From: Octopus vulgaris
Lineage: Eukaryota
Direction: 5' to 3'
NCBI GenBank assembly: GCA_951406725.2
Contig: OX597821.1
Coordinates: 37,324,001-37,388,000, forward strand
Length of the DNA stretch: 64,000 nt
Below the pieces are notes generated by a model. The model was given only the letters and a program-made list of their open reading frames with translations, was not told the origin of the DNA and did not search any database. Each line of letters begins with the position of its first letter. The stretch's first letter is position 1. Positions 40,501 through 50,390 of the stretch are shown here, one piece after another. Both the position numbers and the translations under genes were made by a program.

Positions 40501-41848
40501 AATACCGTCAATATTTATTTTCGAGTGTGTAGCTTACTATTATGTCAATAAAATAAATTTTTTAAAGAGTTTCAGACAGTTCAACACCCTCTCCATGGCA
40601 CAACTGTCACCAGCTTTCCAGCTTTTTCTTCCTGGATTTGTTTCAACATTATGTAACGTATTTGTCATTTAAAACTAAACATTTTAAAGAGAGTTGTGAA
40701 GGAAATGAAGTCGGAGGTTGAAGAACAATGATCAGAAAGTTCTTGAAAAAAAATTTGTTTTAAGGTCGTCGACATAATTATGATCAACATTCTCGCAAAA
40801 ATGTATTTCTGTAAAATTTCGTGAAAAACTAATCAAATTTTTCGGAAAGTTATGCGGAAACAAAGTCAGGGGTGGGACACATACCAAAGTGTAGTTATGT
40901 CATACAATAAAGATATTGTCTAAATCTATGTAAACATAGTTTTATGAAATACTTTTTAATAAACCTTAACAAAAATTTATATTGCTGTTTGATTAAACAA
41001 TAATATTAATAATGATTGTTGATAAACTAACATTATTTAATCAATCAAGTTTAATCTTTAATCGGGGAGAAACGCAGTGAATGATCGGGGGGGGGGGGGG
41101 GAGAGGGTTTTACCCAGAATTCCCTTTAAACACTAATATGGCGGCAAAGAGAGAAGTAAAAGAATGGAGAGAGTAGGAAATACTTTTAAATAACAAAGGC
41201 AGAAGAATTAAGGGAAACGATGTAAACAGATGGACACGTCGGTTTCGGGATGGAGAATTAAAAATAAGCTTCGTTAGAGATTTATTTTGATGGTTGTGTT
41301 GTTTACCTTAACATTTGCTGGTGGCTCTTCGAAAGTTAACAGCATATATCTGTCCCATCGACACACTGGATCGCGAGAACGAATCTGAGTAATAAAGAAA
41401 AGATATCAACAAACTAAAAATACAGGGTTTTACACATAAGAATGATTAAAAAAAAAAAAAAAAAAAGAAATATGGCAAGAAAGACGTGTTATGCTAATTC
41501 AAAGTAGTAAAAAAAGTGGTGAAAGACAAATAGCAGGAACAACTCTACGTTGCAATGTTAGTTTCTGGACGCTTTTGAAAAGACAAACAAATAGAATTGA
41601 TTTTATGTTTTTTTTTTTTATCGGTAAAATGTTCGATAAAGTGCAACGAATAAAAATAATCTGGTGAGAGGTTGAGTTTGAAAAGAATTCAAATGAAGTG
41701 TTCAGTAGTGTTATGAGCAGAGTAAATATATATTTACCTTCATAAATGTCTCGACGGCCGCCTTGGCTACATCTATGAGACTGGTTCCAATGTAGGTGCG
41801 TTGGTTCATCGATGAACTCGTATCAATAAGAAACAATATGATCGTCAT
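13335..41848 (-). CDS. INTS6: Integrator complex subunit 6 (INTS6/DDX26), complete 19-coding-exon gene, 870 aa
   Basis: Exons joined by hand give one open frame of 2613 nt with consistent phases. N-terminal VWA (MTIILFLIDTSSSMNQR...), then TKEPFRWDQR, GHWPIPE, LPFDKYELEPSPLTQ, MPYNYPVLLPLL, QMGNYQEYLK, HMFGNPFK, MIDEADE, and C-terminal ELRKPG...EAARFKKRRLI. All are recognisable INTS6 motifs. Confidence 0.97.
15340..15598 (+). mobile_element. RTE tail fragment (INTS6 intron 18)
   Basis: AGGAAGGGCATCTAGCTGTAGAAAC...CCAACCCATGCTAGCATGG...(GAT)n. Confidence 0.8.
16620..16883 (-). CDS. INTS6: INTS6 exon 18 (264 nt)
   Basis: cag|...WNHNAKLRIILYKELRKPGK|gtaagt; overlaps ORF 16543..16833. Confidence 0.88.
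16987..17115 (-). CDS. INTS6: INTS6 exon 17 (129 nt)
   Basis: tag|(G)PLPRDLPIKRPASPSIMTEAAAVSPPPVCPKTENNVKVENSS|gtaaat; low-complexity linker. Confidence 0.85.
17556..17664 (-). CDS. INTS6: INTS6 exon 16 (109 nt), ends at a GC donor
   Basis: tag|NIMIDEADEAVFGQQSRSKKTSQDTLVNSLPRKRKP-G|gcaagt; the phase joins exon 17 to give RKRKPGPLPRD. Confidence 0.88.
17861..18175 (-). mobile_element. RTE tail fragment (INTS6 intron 15)
   Basis: Reverse copy starting (CAT)nCGTTTAACGTCC, with three hairpin modules. Confidence 0.85.
18800..18936 (-). CDS. INTS6: INTS6 exon 15 (137 nt)
   Basis: cag|(D)YIHSIPVQQMGNYQEYLKKMPATLREIETQPVRLHMFGNPFKVNK|gtaagt. Confidence 0.95.
19710..19968 (+). mobile_element. RTE tail fragment (INTS6 intron 14)
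   Basis: Same tail family, forward orientation, (GAT)n end. Confidence 0.85.
21883..21986 (-). CDS. INTS6: INTS6 exon 14 (104 nt)
   Basis: cag|NPFDIPRKNLLDQISRMRTNFLQVSPQNSKLIDD|gtaagt. Confidence 0.95.
22859..23008 (-). CDS. INTS6: INTS6 exon 13 (150 nt)
   Basis: tag|TKASIVQRKDFNQLLQTMGGNMSNLRQELFDYNTFTVAVQDPEIKPQYF-R|gtattc; phases fit both neighbouring exons. Confidence 0.9.
25775..25854 (-). CDS. INTS6: INTS6 exon 12 (80 nt)
   Basis: tag|AKIEMDRLIASVGQKLPPPDGLKVNL-R|gtaatt. Confidence 0.92.
26677..27069 (-). mobile_element. SINE family A (INTS6 intron 11)
   Basis: Full-length reverse copy. Confidence 0.9.
27868..27978 (-). CDS. INTS6: INTS6 exon 11 (111 nt)
   Basis: cag|PLRKALQRMGAPSLIPDNMENCLSYSVITYLKKLKNQ|gtgatt. 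Confidence 0.95.
30863..30957 (-). CDS. INTS6: INTS6 exon 10 (95 nt)
   Basis: cag|(D)ELFKVHKSKPTKNWRQQFDSYLKTMPVYYAG|gtaagt. Confidence 0.96.
31120..31307 (-). mobile_element. Diverged SINE family A 5' half
   Basis: Degenerate match (...AGACACTTGCCTAAGGTG...TGCGCCTATA). Confidence 0.65.
31360..31489 (-). CDS. INTS6: INTS6 exon 9 (130 nt)
   Basis: cag|VFVSNSAKFDFCHPFGYVKASSNLSCVNLFVMPYNYPVLLPLL|gtaaat. Confidence 0.96.
31956..32108 (-). CDS. INTS6: INTS6 exon 8 (153 nt)
   Basis: cag|SPRTAQPVVQFSCTACEPLVIDNLPFDKYELEPSPLTQYILERKQPNNCWQ|gttagt. Confidence 0.96.
33605..33798 (-). CDS. INTS6: INTS6 exon 7 (194 nt)
   Basis: tag|...PAWHSNRKLIYVQRSAQKGYSVGHWPIPEAYWPDSSIQTL|gtaagt. Confidence 0.94.
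34036..34164 (-). CDS. INTS6: INTS6 exon 6 (129 nt)
   Basis: cag|(G)RSYAILSQKMLNAALESLVQKVQAGVVINFEKIGPDPKPVNE|gtaagt. Confidence 0.96.
34855..35038 (-). CDS. INTS6: INTS6 exon 5 (184 nt)
   Basis: cag|LNLPMNSVVPGCELTKEPFRWDQRIFGLVLEIP...AMCDVTG-G|gtaaaa; overlaps ORF 34826..35053. Confidence 0.96.
36049..36138 (-). CDS. INTS6: INTS6 exon 4 (90 nt)
   Basis: aag|GRCPFYLEPAVIVLITDRGRLTSPNSVQLE|gtaaag. Confidence 0.94.
37205..37354 (-). CDS. INTS6: INTS6 exon 3 (150 nt)
   Basis: cag|AGWKESHATFMNELKNLKADGLTVLGASLKHAFDLLNMNRMQSGIDTYGQ|gtaaaa. Confidence 0.96.
41307..41384 (-). CDS. INTS6: INTS6 exon 2 (78 nt)
   Basis: cag|IRSRDPVCRWDRYMLLTFEEPPANVK|gtaaac. Confidence 0.95.
41738..41848 (-). CDS. 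INTS6: INTS6 coding exon 1 (111 nt)
   Basis: MTIILFLIDTSSSMNQRTYIGTSLIDVAKAAVETFMK|GTAAAT; contains the DxSxS MIDAS motif. Confidence 0.95.
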
Positions 41849-42099
41849 TATTGAACCGAAGAAGTCTTCCACTGCTAGAAAAATACTTGTCTGATCGAAA
41901 CTCTAATGTTATAAACTTGTGTTATGTACTAGGCATAAATTAGCAATAATTCGTTACATAAGTAAAATAATATCACATATATGCGTGTTATTGTAACAGG
42001 CATGTATGTAAATACGGTTAAGTTGTCTGATCTACATGATAGATGTTTGATGTGGCTGTGTTCCACGGCTACAAATGAGAAACGAATCGACAAAATGTC

Positions 42100-42460
42100 C
42101 TTAAGACAGTTTCTTCTCGATCAATGGCGGAGACGGAGCGATAGTAGCAGCAGTGGACAACAAATAAAGATTCACTCAGCTGCTACCACTCTTTGCCTTG
42201 TCACTGACATTTTTACTCCGACTGTTGTTGTTAAGTGATGTTAAACAAGAGAAATAGTTTGTCGAAAGAAAGTGTCATTTCGTTGTTAAAATCTCGTCAG
42301 TCGCCGTCGACGATAACGGAAGTCATTTAATGCGGAACTTGTTGAAATGGCGGCGGCGGAGGAGGCCTTTAAGAGTTTCTGGAGACGAAACCACATTGGG
42401 AGTTATCGAGGTTTATATAACGCTGGTCCGTGTCTAATAACAGCGGAGTTTTATAGCTTC
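42100..42460. promoter_or_regulatory. CpG-containing INTS6 promoter/5' region
   Basis: CGGAAGT (ETS-like) at ~42317, AAATGGCGGC (YY1-like) at 42345-42354 and AATGGCGG at ~42123, all upstream of the INTS6 ATG. TSS unknown. Confidence 0.55.
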
Positions 42461-42473
42461 TAGTCAAGTTTAC

Positions 42474-42781
42474 GGTACTACAAGCGAACAGTGGTCCCGG
42501 TGCGCGCACACGCGCAGTCGCGCATCCGCGCTACCTAGTCGTGACTAGTCGATCCTACAACGACTACCTAGCAAAGTAAATAAAACACAAAATAAATAAT
42601 TTTTTTACACAAAGTAAATAATTTTTCTTAAACAAAGTAAATAAAACACAAAGTAAATGATTTTTTAAGCAAATTAAATAAAACAGAAACACAAAGTAAG
42701 GATCGACTAGTCACAACTAGCAAGCGCGGATGCGCGAGTATGCGAGCGCGCGCACCGGGACCACTGTTGTCAAGTAGTACC
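42474..42781. mobile_element. Mutator-like MITE (308 bp) with 9-bp TSD
   Basis: CAAGTTTAC at 42465-42473 and 42782-42790. ~80-bp imperfect GC-rich TIRs (GGTACTAC...GTAGTACC) surround an AT-rich CAAAGTAAATAA-repeat core. Confidence 0.9.
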
Positions 42782-43940
42782 CAAGTTTACGTTTAAAAAA
42801 AGTGAAGTTTCAAAAATATTTTTACGATGAAAAAAATTTACTAATACAAGTTAAGGTAATAAAAATTTTAAATCCTAATTGAAAAGCATATCAAAATATT
42901 TAATAAACCTCGAGCAAATCGTCACTTGCTCCTCGTAAAATCTTTATCCGATTCCACATTCACTCAATATTTTAAGCACGTTCGCCATCGGGTCTCTGGT
43001 TCGATCCTAATGCACAGCTATTTTAGTCGTGTTTTGTAACTTTCAGTTTTGACTTTTTTTTTCGAAAGTTTTTTTTCTTACATACATTACAATCCGGAAA
43101 CAATTTTTTTTCAAAGAATCCTTTTTTTTTTTTACAGTTTTTGTCCTCAATATTCCCGAAACTTTCCATTATTCATTAATTAATAATAATTGTATTTAGG
43201 GTGATGGATGCACAGAACCCTTAGAGCGTCGGACAAAATACCTGCGAAATCTCTTCTAGCTGTTTGCAAAAAAAACAACCCTGTGGAATTTCTTCAGCTC
43301 TGTGGAATTTCTTCATGTTTTGAGTTCAAATCTCCCTGAGGTTAATTTTACCTTTCTTGCTTGTGGGGTTGATAGACCCAAGTACCAGAGAAGTACTGGG
43401 GTCTATGGGTGATTGACCCTCTCCTTTCAAAACTACTGGCCTTGTGTCTAAATTAAAATGGTAAATTCTTGATTTGTCGAAATTATTTCCACTTTACTTA
43501 CATACCACTGATGGCACTCAGTTATCATCATTGTCATCCATTAACATCTGTTTTCCATGCTGGCATGGGTTGGATGGTTTGGCAAGAGCTTCCCAGGCTC
43601 CCTGTCTATTTTGGCATGGTGTCTAAGACTAGATGCCTTTTCTAATGCCAACCACTTTACAGAGTGCCACTGGGTGCTTTTTATGCAGCACACGGCACCC
43701 ACGAGCCTGCAAGATCAGAAATGCTCAGCAGGAAAGGGATGCAGGAGACATGTCTGTATGCTAGGACAACCATGTTTTTACTTACCTTGACGTGTCTTCT
43801 CAAGCACAGCAAACTACCAGGAATCTCAGTCCCCTGTCATCCCCTCGGTGAGGCCCTCCCCCTATGCCTGAAGATATGTAAATTACCTTGGGCTATAAAT
43901 ATTTTCTACTCTTTTTTTTTTTATTTGTATATGTCTATGT

Positions 43941-44250
43941 GTGGAGGCGCAATGGCCCAGCGGTTAGGGCAGCGGACTCGCGGTCGTAAGATCGCGGTTT
44001 CGATTCCCAGACCGGGCGTTGTGAGTGTTTATTGAGCGAAAACACCCAAGCCCCACGAGGCTCTGGCAGGGGGTGGTGGTGATCCCTGCTGTAGTCTTTC
44101 ACCGCAACTTTCTCTCACTCTTTCTTCTGTTGGCCTGCTCGCTTAGCCAGCGGGGTGGCGTCATTTGAAGGCTAAAACAATGCAAAGCGCATTGTGACCA
44201 GTGATGTGTATCAACATCTGATAGCCTGGTCGGTCACGGTGATCACGATG
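43941..44250 (+). mobile_element. tRNA-derived SINE, third family, with 12-bp TSD
   Basis: A-box TGGCCCAGCGG and B-box GGTTTCGATTCC; ATATGTCTATGT at 43929-43940 and 44251-44262. Confidence 0.85.
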
Positions 44251-44572
44251 ATATGTCTATGTATCTTGTTCTTCTGCTGAAGAAGGTAGGGCAATGATGA
44301 TTCCTTTCGAACAGCAACACCTGTCCAAAGCTGTTGTCTTCTTTTCAGACAGACTGTCTTTTCCTGAATGGCATGTCAATCTTTCTATATATAAATAAAG
44401 CACCCACCTCTCATGCCGCCTTTACGAAGGAGGTTCAAAAACATAGGCACATGTTGCTGCTTGTGTATGTTTCCTTATATCTGCTCACATATGAGCATGT
44501 GCATAGGAAAACTATGGGCATATATGTTCATGCATGTAAGTATATGTTTGTGTATATGTGCTTATATGTGTG

Positions 44573-44576
<4 letters not shown>

Positions 44577-44655
<79 letters not shown>

Positions 44656-44675
44656 ATATATGTATATGTATATAT
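44577..44675. repeat. (TA)n/(TG)n microsatellite
   Basis: Directly visible. Confidence 0.95.
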
Positions 44676-44774
44676 AATACAAATAAGAAAATGGAGAATA
44701 TTGGATAAATGATATCCCATAGTGGGTTACACCCATAACCCCTATCTTACTTTGTACTATATATATAATAATAA

Positions 44775-46950
44775 TAATTATGTACAGTGCTCAGGTGCGC
44801 TACAACTCATCTAAAGTGTATATATAATCAGGTGTAGTTTCGGCGGATTTCGGAAAGCATGAGGGCCTTAAAGGATGCAGTGTCATGGCAGTCAACAACT
44901 GACGCAGGCAGTTTATTCCATGCTTCAGCAACTCTGAGCGTGAAAAAATGTTTCCGAAAGTCATGGGAGCTGTGTTGTTTTCTGACTTTGTAGGCATGTC
45001 CACGTGTGTTAGACACATGGAGATCAAAAAGGTGTTCAGTATTGTTGTTGGTGAGGTGGTTGATAACTTTGTGGGTGTTTACCAAGTCCGTCGCCAGACG
45101 CCGGAGCTTCAGTGAATCCATGCCCAGGGAAACAAGGCGCTCAGAATATGGTAGGTGTCTGATGGAGGGTATGCATTTGGTTGCACGTCTCTGGACAGAT
45201 TCCAGGAGGTCAATGTTCTGAGCAAGATAGGGGTTCCAAACTGATGATGCAAATTCCAAGTGTGGTCGTACCATAGCTGTATACAGTTTTAAATAGATGG
45301 CTGGAGAGCGGCTAACAAAAGTCTTGCTGAGTGATGCCAAGACACCCTCGGCCTTCTTGACAATTTTAGAGATATGCTTTGTCCAACGCGAATCACTGCT
45401 GACAGTGATGCCTAGGTCATGCTCGCAAGGGATTTCTTGATATCAGTGTTGTGGAGGAAGTATGTGGACGCAGGGTTTTTTCTCCCAAAATGCATGGTGG
45501 TACACTTGTCCACAGCCAGTTTCAGTTGCCAGTCTGTGATCCATTGCTGCATTGTGTCTAGGTCTGATTGAAGGAAAGAGTTGTAGACATCAGGATCTGT
45601 CCTCTTGATTTCAAGCTACAGCTTGATGTCGTCTGCATATTTCAATACTGTGGCATTCTTTAAATTGGCATCTATGTCATTAATGTATGCCACAAACAAG
45701 AGGGGACCAAGGACAGATCCCTGTGGTACACCCAATGACATCTCATATGGTGTAGAATGCTGTCCTAGAACTGTGACTACCTCCTTTCGGCTGAGAATGA
45801 AGGATTTCAACCAGTGAAAAAGGTCATCCCTCACACCCATTGCAGAGAGTTTCACCATAAGCCTTTTGTGTGGCACACAGTTGAAAGCCTTAGCAAAGTC
45901 AAGGTAGACAACATCCACCCATGAGCCACTGTCAGTGATCTGAGTAATGTCCTCAAGGAACTCGACAAGCTGATCACTGCAGCTGGAGTTAGGGACAAAT
46001 CCATATTGTGAGGGTCGGATGAGACTGTGAGAGCTCCAGAAGTTCCAGAGTGTTTCTCTGACACATGATTCCATCAGTTTTGCAATACAGCTAGTGAGAC
46101 TGACTGGGCGATAGTTGACAGGTGATGTGCGGTCGCCCTTTTTGAACAGAGGAATGACACTGGCAGTTTTCCACTGCTCCGGAGTAGCACCATTGTTGAG
46201 ACAGTACTGGAAGAAAATAGAAAGCTGGTGTAAAGGAAGTACCTGCCACGTTTGAGAAGCAGGTATGTAACTCCATCGAGACCAGGGGAGGCATAGTTGC
46301 GCTTATTTTGAAGGTGACGTCGCAGCATTGCAGGTGTAAATTCCATAGTTGTTATGGAATTTGCTGTTAGAGATGGTGAAGATGGTACATTTTGACTTTC
46401 AACAGTGAATATGTTTGCATAGCACTCAGCAATGAGTTCTGCGCATTCCTTGGGCTCGTCAGTGATCTGGTTTGTGTGAGGGTTGCTAAGAGGGCCCACT
46501 GGAGAGTGAGGTCTCTGCTTCGAATGCACATATTTCCAGAAAACCTTGCCGTCAGGATTGGCTGCTATGCACTGTTCAAATTCAAGCACTGCTTTTTTTG
46601 TCACTTGCTTGAGATGGTTGGAAGATTTATTCTGCTTCTTCCTGTTGGTGTCTGATTTATGCAACTTGTATTCCTGTTCAGCAGTCCGACGTTCCTTCCT
46701 GGCAAGTCGGACCGCTGAAGTTTCCCAAATTGCCCTTTTGGGGCGGTTCTTCTTTTTCTGTTTACGTGGCACTGATGCTGCACATGCTGCCCATATTGAG
46801 TCCAGGATACTCTGGAGTATAGTATTCACATCTCCAGAGTTGTAGAATTCACGCCAGTTTGGGTGCTGTAGTTCAGTGTGGTACAGGTTCCAATCTGCTC
46901 TCTTCCAATCGAAGGAAGCAGATTGGAGATGGTTCAGGTTTTTGTTGTTG
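44775..46950 (-). mobile_element. CR1/L2-group LINE, 5'-truncated, few frameshifts
   Basis: ORFs 46074..46829, 45616..46074 (QYGF, YLDFAKAF, GVPQGSVLGPLLF, YADD) and 44828..45340 (LYTAMVRPHLE, LESVQRRATK, TRGH..K). Short 3'UTR ending in (TTA)n/(TA)n. Confidence 0.92.
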
Positions 46951-46951
46951 C

Positions 46952-47981
46952 CCGCTGAGGTTGACTTTACCTTTCATCCTTTCGGGGTCGATTAAATAAG
47001 TACCAGTTATGCACTGGGGTCGATGTAATCGACTTAATCCATTTGTCTGTCCTTGTTTGTCCCCTCTGTGTTTAGCCCCTTGTGGGTAGTAAAGAAATAG
47101 GAAACAAGTGCAGATACAGGCTGCAGCAGGTTCTTGTACTAAGTGTATTCTGGTATGACAATTTTGAAAAGGTTCGCTGTGTTAAGATTCACTATCAATC
47201 AATTTTCCTTATTTAGAAGAAACAGTCAACAGTTTTAACGTCTCGGGAATCTTTAAAGCCCAAACCAAAATTAACAACCCCTTACAATCAAGGAAGAAAA
47301 TAGAGAAGATAATTTGTTGAGAAAATTAGTTGTCAACTAATTATCTTCTCCATTTCCTTCTTTGTCTTATAAACTCTGGTTAAACTTTTGTTTACCTCCA
47401 CTCATACCAATAGTTCAATTGCACTGTTACCTTACAACAGTAAGCATTTGGATATATATATAGGTATACACCCAGTAGTATATTGAATATTTATTACCCC
47501 TTAAATGGTTGTCTAACCTCTAACTCATATATACGTGTAAATATATATATATATATATACTAGCAAACGTTCCTCCCCATTCATTCCACTGTAAAGGTGA
47601 AGAGGGTTAACTTGGACGGGGTTAAGTTTGGGAGATATTTGGTGATTGTAAGGGGTTGTTAATTTTGGTTTGGGCTTTAAAGATTCCCGAGACGTTAAAA
47701 CTGTTGACTGTTTCTTCTAAATAAGGAAAATTGATTGATAGTGAATCTTAACACAGCGAACCTTTTCAAAATTATCATACCAGAATACACTTAGTACAAG
47801 GACCTGCTGCAGCCTGTATCTGCACTTGCTTCCTATTTCTTTACTTCCCACAAGGGGCTAAACACAGAGGGGAAAAACAAGGACAGACAAATGGATTAAG
47901 TCGATTACATCGACCCCAGTGCATAACTGGTACTTATTTAATCGACCCCGAAAGGATGAAAGGTAAAGTCGACCTCAGCGG
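46952..47981. repeat. Inverted duplication: 339-bp arms (46952-47290 / 47643-47981), 352-bp spacer
   Basis: The arms are reverse complements with about 6 mismatches by manual comparison. Confidence 0.93.
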
Positions 47982-48063
47982 AATTTGAACTCAGAACGTA
48001 GCAGCAGACGAAATAACGCAAAGCATTTTGCCCAGCATGCTAACAATTCTGCCAGCTCACCGC
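47832..48063 (-). mobile_element. SINE family B, full length
   Basis: Reverse complement of the 7076 element; inserted in a degenerate minisatellite. Confidence 0.88.
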
Positions 48064-48749
48064 ACAAGGACAAGGACCTGTTGCAGACTGTATCTGTGCC
48101 TGCTTCCATGAAGCTCTAGTACTTGTTGTGGCCTGTATCTGTGCCTGCTTCCACTTAGCGCATGGAACAGCTGCAGCCACTGCCTTTACCTGCCAACACA
48201 AAGAAGAAGGACCTGCTGCAGCCTATATCTGTACCTGCTTCCACTAAGCAACCACCGAAGATCAATTAAAAATGCATTAGCCTCCATCATTGGTATAAGC
48301 CTAACCTATTTATCTTGCAATGGAGAAATATTTAATAGACATGTGTTCCACTACAATATAGGTCTAGTAAACACTGGATATCGAGAGAAAATTTGAATAA
48401 TGTCAACCTAATATCATTAATAAAGAGAACATAAAGCTGGTAAACTTTGTAATACCACCGTAAATAGTTATATAACTAAAAATAAACATATAACAGGCAA
48501 CCTAACTACATATGAAAAAGGAATTGATAAAGATAACAAACCTAAGATCTAATAATACCAAACATAATAATAGAAAAACCAATACGAAGTTATCTTAGAA
48601 GCCCGAGATAAATAAAAAGCAATCGATTTACAATTGCAATGATTGCTACAATGATAATAATATAATTAATGAACATAATGACATCAATAATCAATTAATA
48701 ACTTATGATACCAGCACCACTGCCAATCCATATAATGCTCTCTTCAGTA

Positions 48750-50390
48750 TCATCATCATCGTTTAATGTCCGTTTTCCATGCTGGCATGAGTTGGACAGT
48801 TTGACTGGGGACTGGCAAGCCAGGAGGTCGCACCAGGCTCCAATCTAATCTGGCAGTGTTTGTACAGCTGGATGCCCTTCCTAACGCCAACCACTCTGAG
48901 AGTGTAGTGGGTGCTTTTTACGTGCCACCAGCACAGGAGCCACTCAATCGGCACTGGCATCAGCCATGTTTGGATGGTGCCTTTTACATGCCACTGGCAC
49001 TGGCAACGACCCATGCATGCATGGTGCTTATTGCATGCCATTAGCACGGGAACCAGTCAGGTGGCACTGGCATCAGCCACAACTACAATTTCCATTTGAT
49101 TGTGATTTGATTTGATTTTGATTTACTTGACTCATTAGGTCTCCTCAAGCATGGCATGTTACCCGACGATTCAAAGGTTGTTTATAAATGGGCTGGTTAT
49201 GCAACACTAGTGTAGGCTATGACTGATTTTACTTTCCTTGCTGGGTCTTCTCAATCACAGCATATGTCCAGAGGTCTCGGTCTTTTGTCATTGCTTCTGT
49301 GAGGCCCAATGTTCGAAGGTCATGCTTCCCCACCTCATCTCAAGTCTTCCTGCATCTCCCTCTAAGATGGGTTCCTTCCACTGTTAGGGATTGGCACTTC
49401 ATATAGCTCTCCTCATCCATACATAGCACATGACCATACCAATGCAGACGTCTCTCTTGCACACCACATCTGATGCTTCTTATGTCCAACTTTTCTCTCA
49501 AGGCACTTATACTCTGTAGTGTGTGCATACTGACATTACACCTCCAGTTGATCATACTAGCTTCATTTCTTTCAAGCCTATGCATGTCTTCAGCAGTCAT
49601 GGCCCATGTTTCACTGCCATGTAGCATGACAGTTCGCACACGTACATCCTACAATCTACCTTTCACTCTGAGTGAGAGGCCCTTTGTCACAAGTAGAGGT
49701 AAGAGCTTTCTGAACTTTGCCCAGGATATTCTTATTCTAGTGGCAATACTCTTCAAGCATCCACCCCCACTACAGGCTTGGTCACCTAGGTAGTGAAAGC
49801 TATCAACTATTTCTAGTTTCTTCCCCTAGCATGTGATGGAATCAGTTTTCTGATTGCCCCTGTGCATCTGCCACACACAAAAGCTATCTTCCCAGTTAAC
49901 CTTCCTTTAATGTTGCTGCACCTCTTATGTGTCCATAGCTTATACTGGGTACATCTTATGGAATTTCTACCTACACCTTTTCTACAGATCGAGCAGGGCC
50001 ACCTACCTGAAGGGGTTTGTAATGTGTTCGCCTTCCTACTTACTAGGACTTTGGTCTTTGCAACATTAACTCTAAGGCCTTTTGATTCTAAACCGTGCTT
50101 CAACACCTGAAATTTCTTCTCTAGTCCTGGTAGTGATTCCACTATGAGGGCCAGGCCATCAGCATAGAGGAGTTCTCAGGGGCAACCTGTCTTGAATTCC
50201 TCTGTTATTGCTTGGAGGACTATGATGAATAAAAGGAGGCTGAGGGATGATCCTTGGTGAGCCCCTACTTCTACTCGGAATTCTTCACTATACTCATTGC
50301 TGAACCTTACCTCACTAATGGCATCCCTGTACAGCTCTTATTAACCACTTGTCAATCCCCAGTTTCTGCATCGCCCACCTGATAAGGGAT
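48750..50390 (-). mobile_element. RTE-clade LINE, 3' 1.6 kb (RT C-half, PHD-like finger, tail), decayed
   Basis: GAHQGSSLSLLLF, LYADGL (YADD decayed), GLRVNVAKTKV, VMLHGSETW, RRLHWYGHV and a (GAT)n tail; frameshifts present. Confidence 0.9.

Noticed and set aside
41871-41890. Possible splice acceptor (tttttctag/cag) upstream of the INTS6 ATG implying a 5'UTR intron
   Set aside because: No convincing donor was found upstream; cannot be resolved without transcripts.
43943-44016. tRNA-like sequence
   Set aside because: Acceptor and T stems do not pair properly, and it continues into a 310-bp body with a TSD, so it is a SINE head rather than a tRNA gene.
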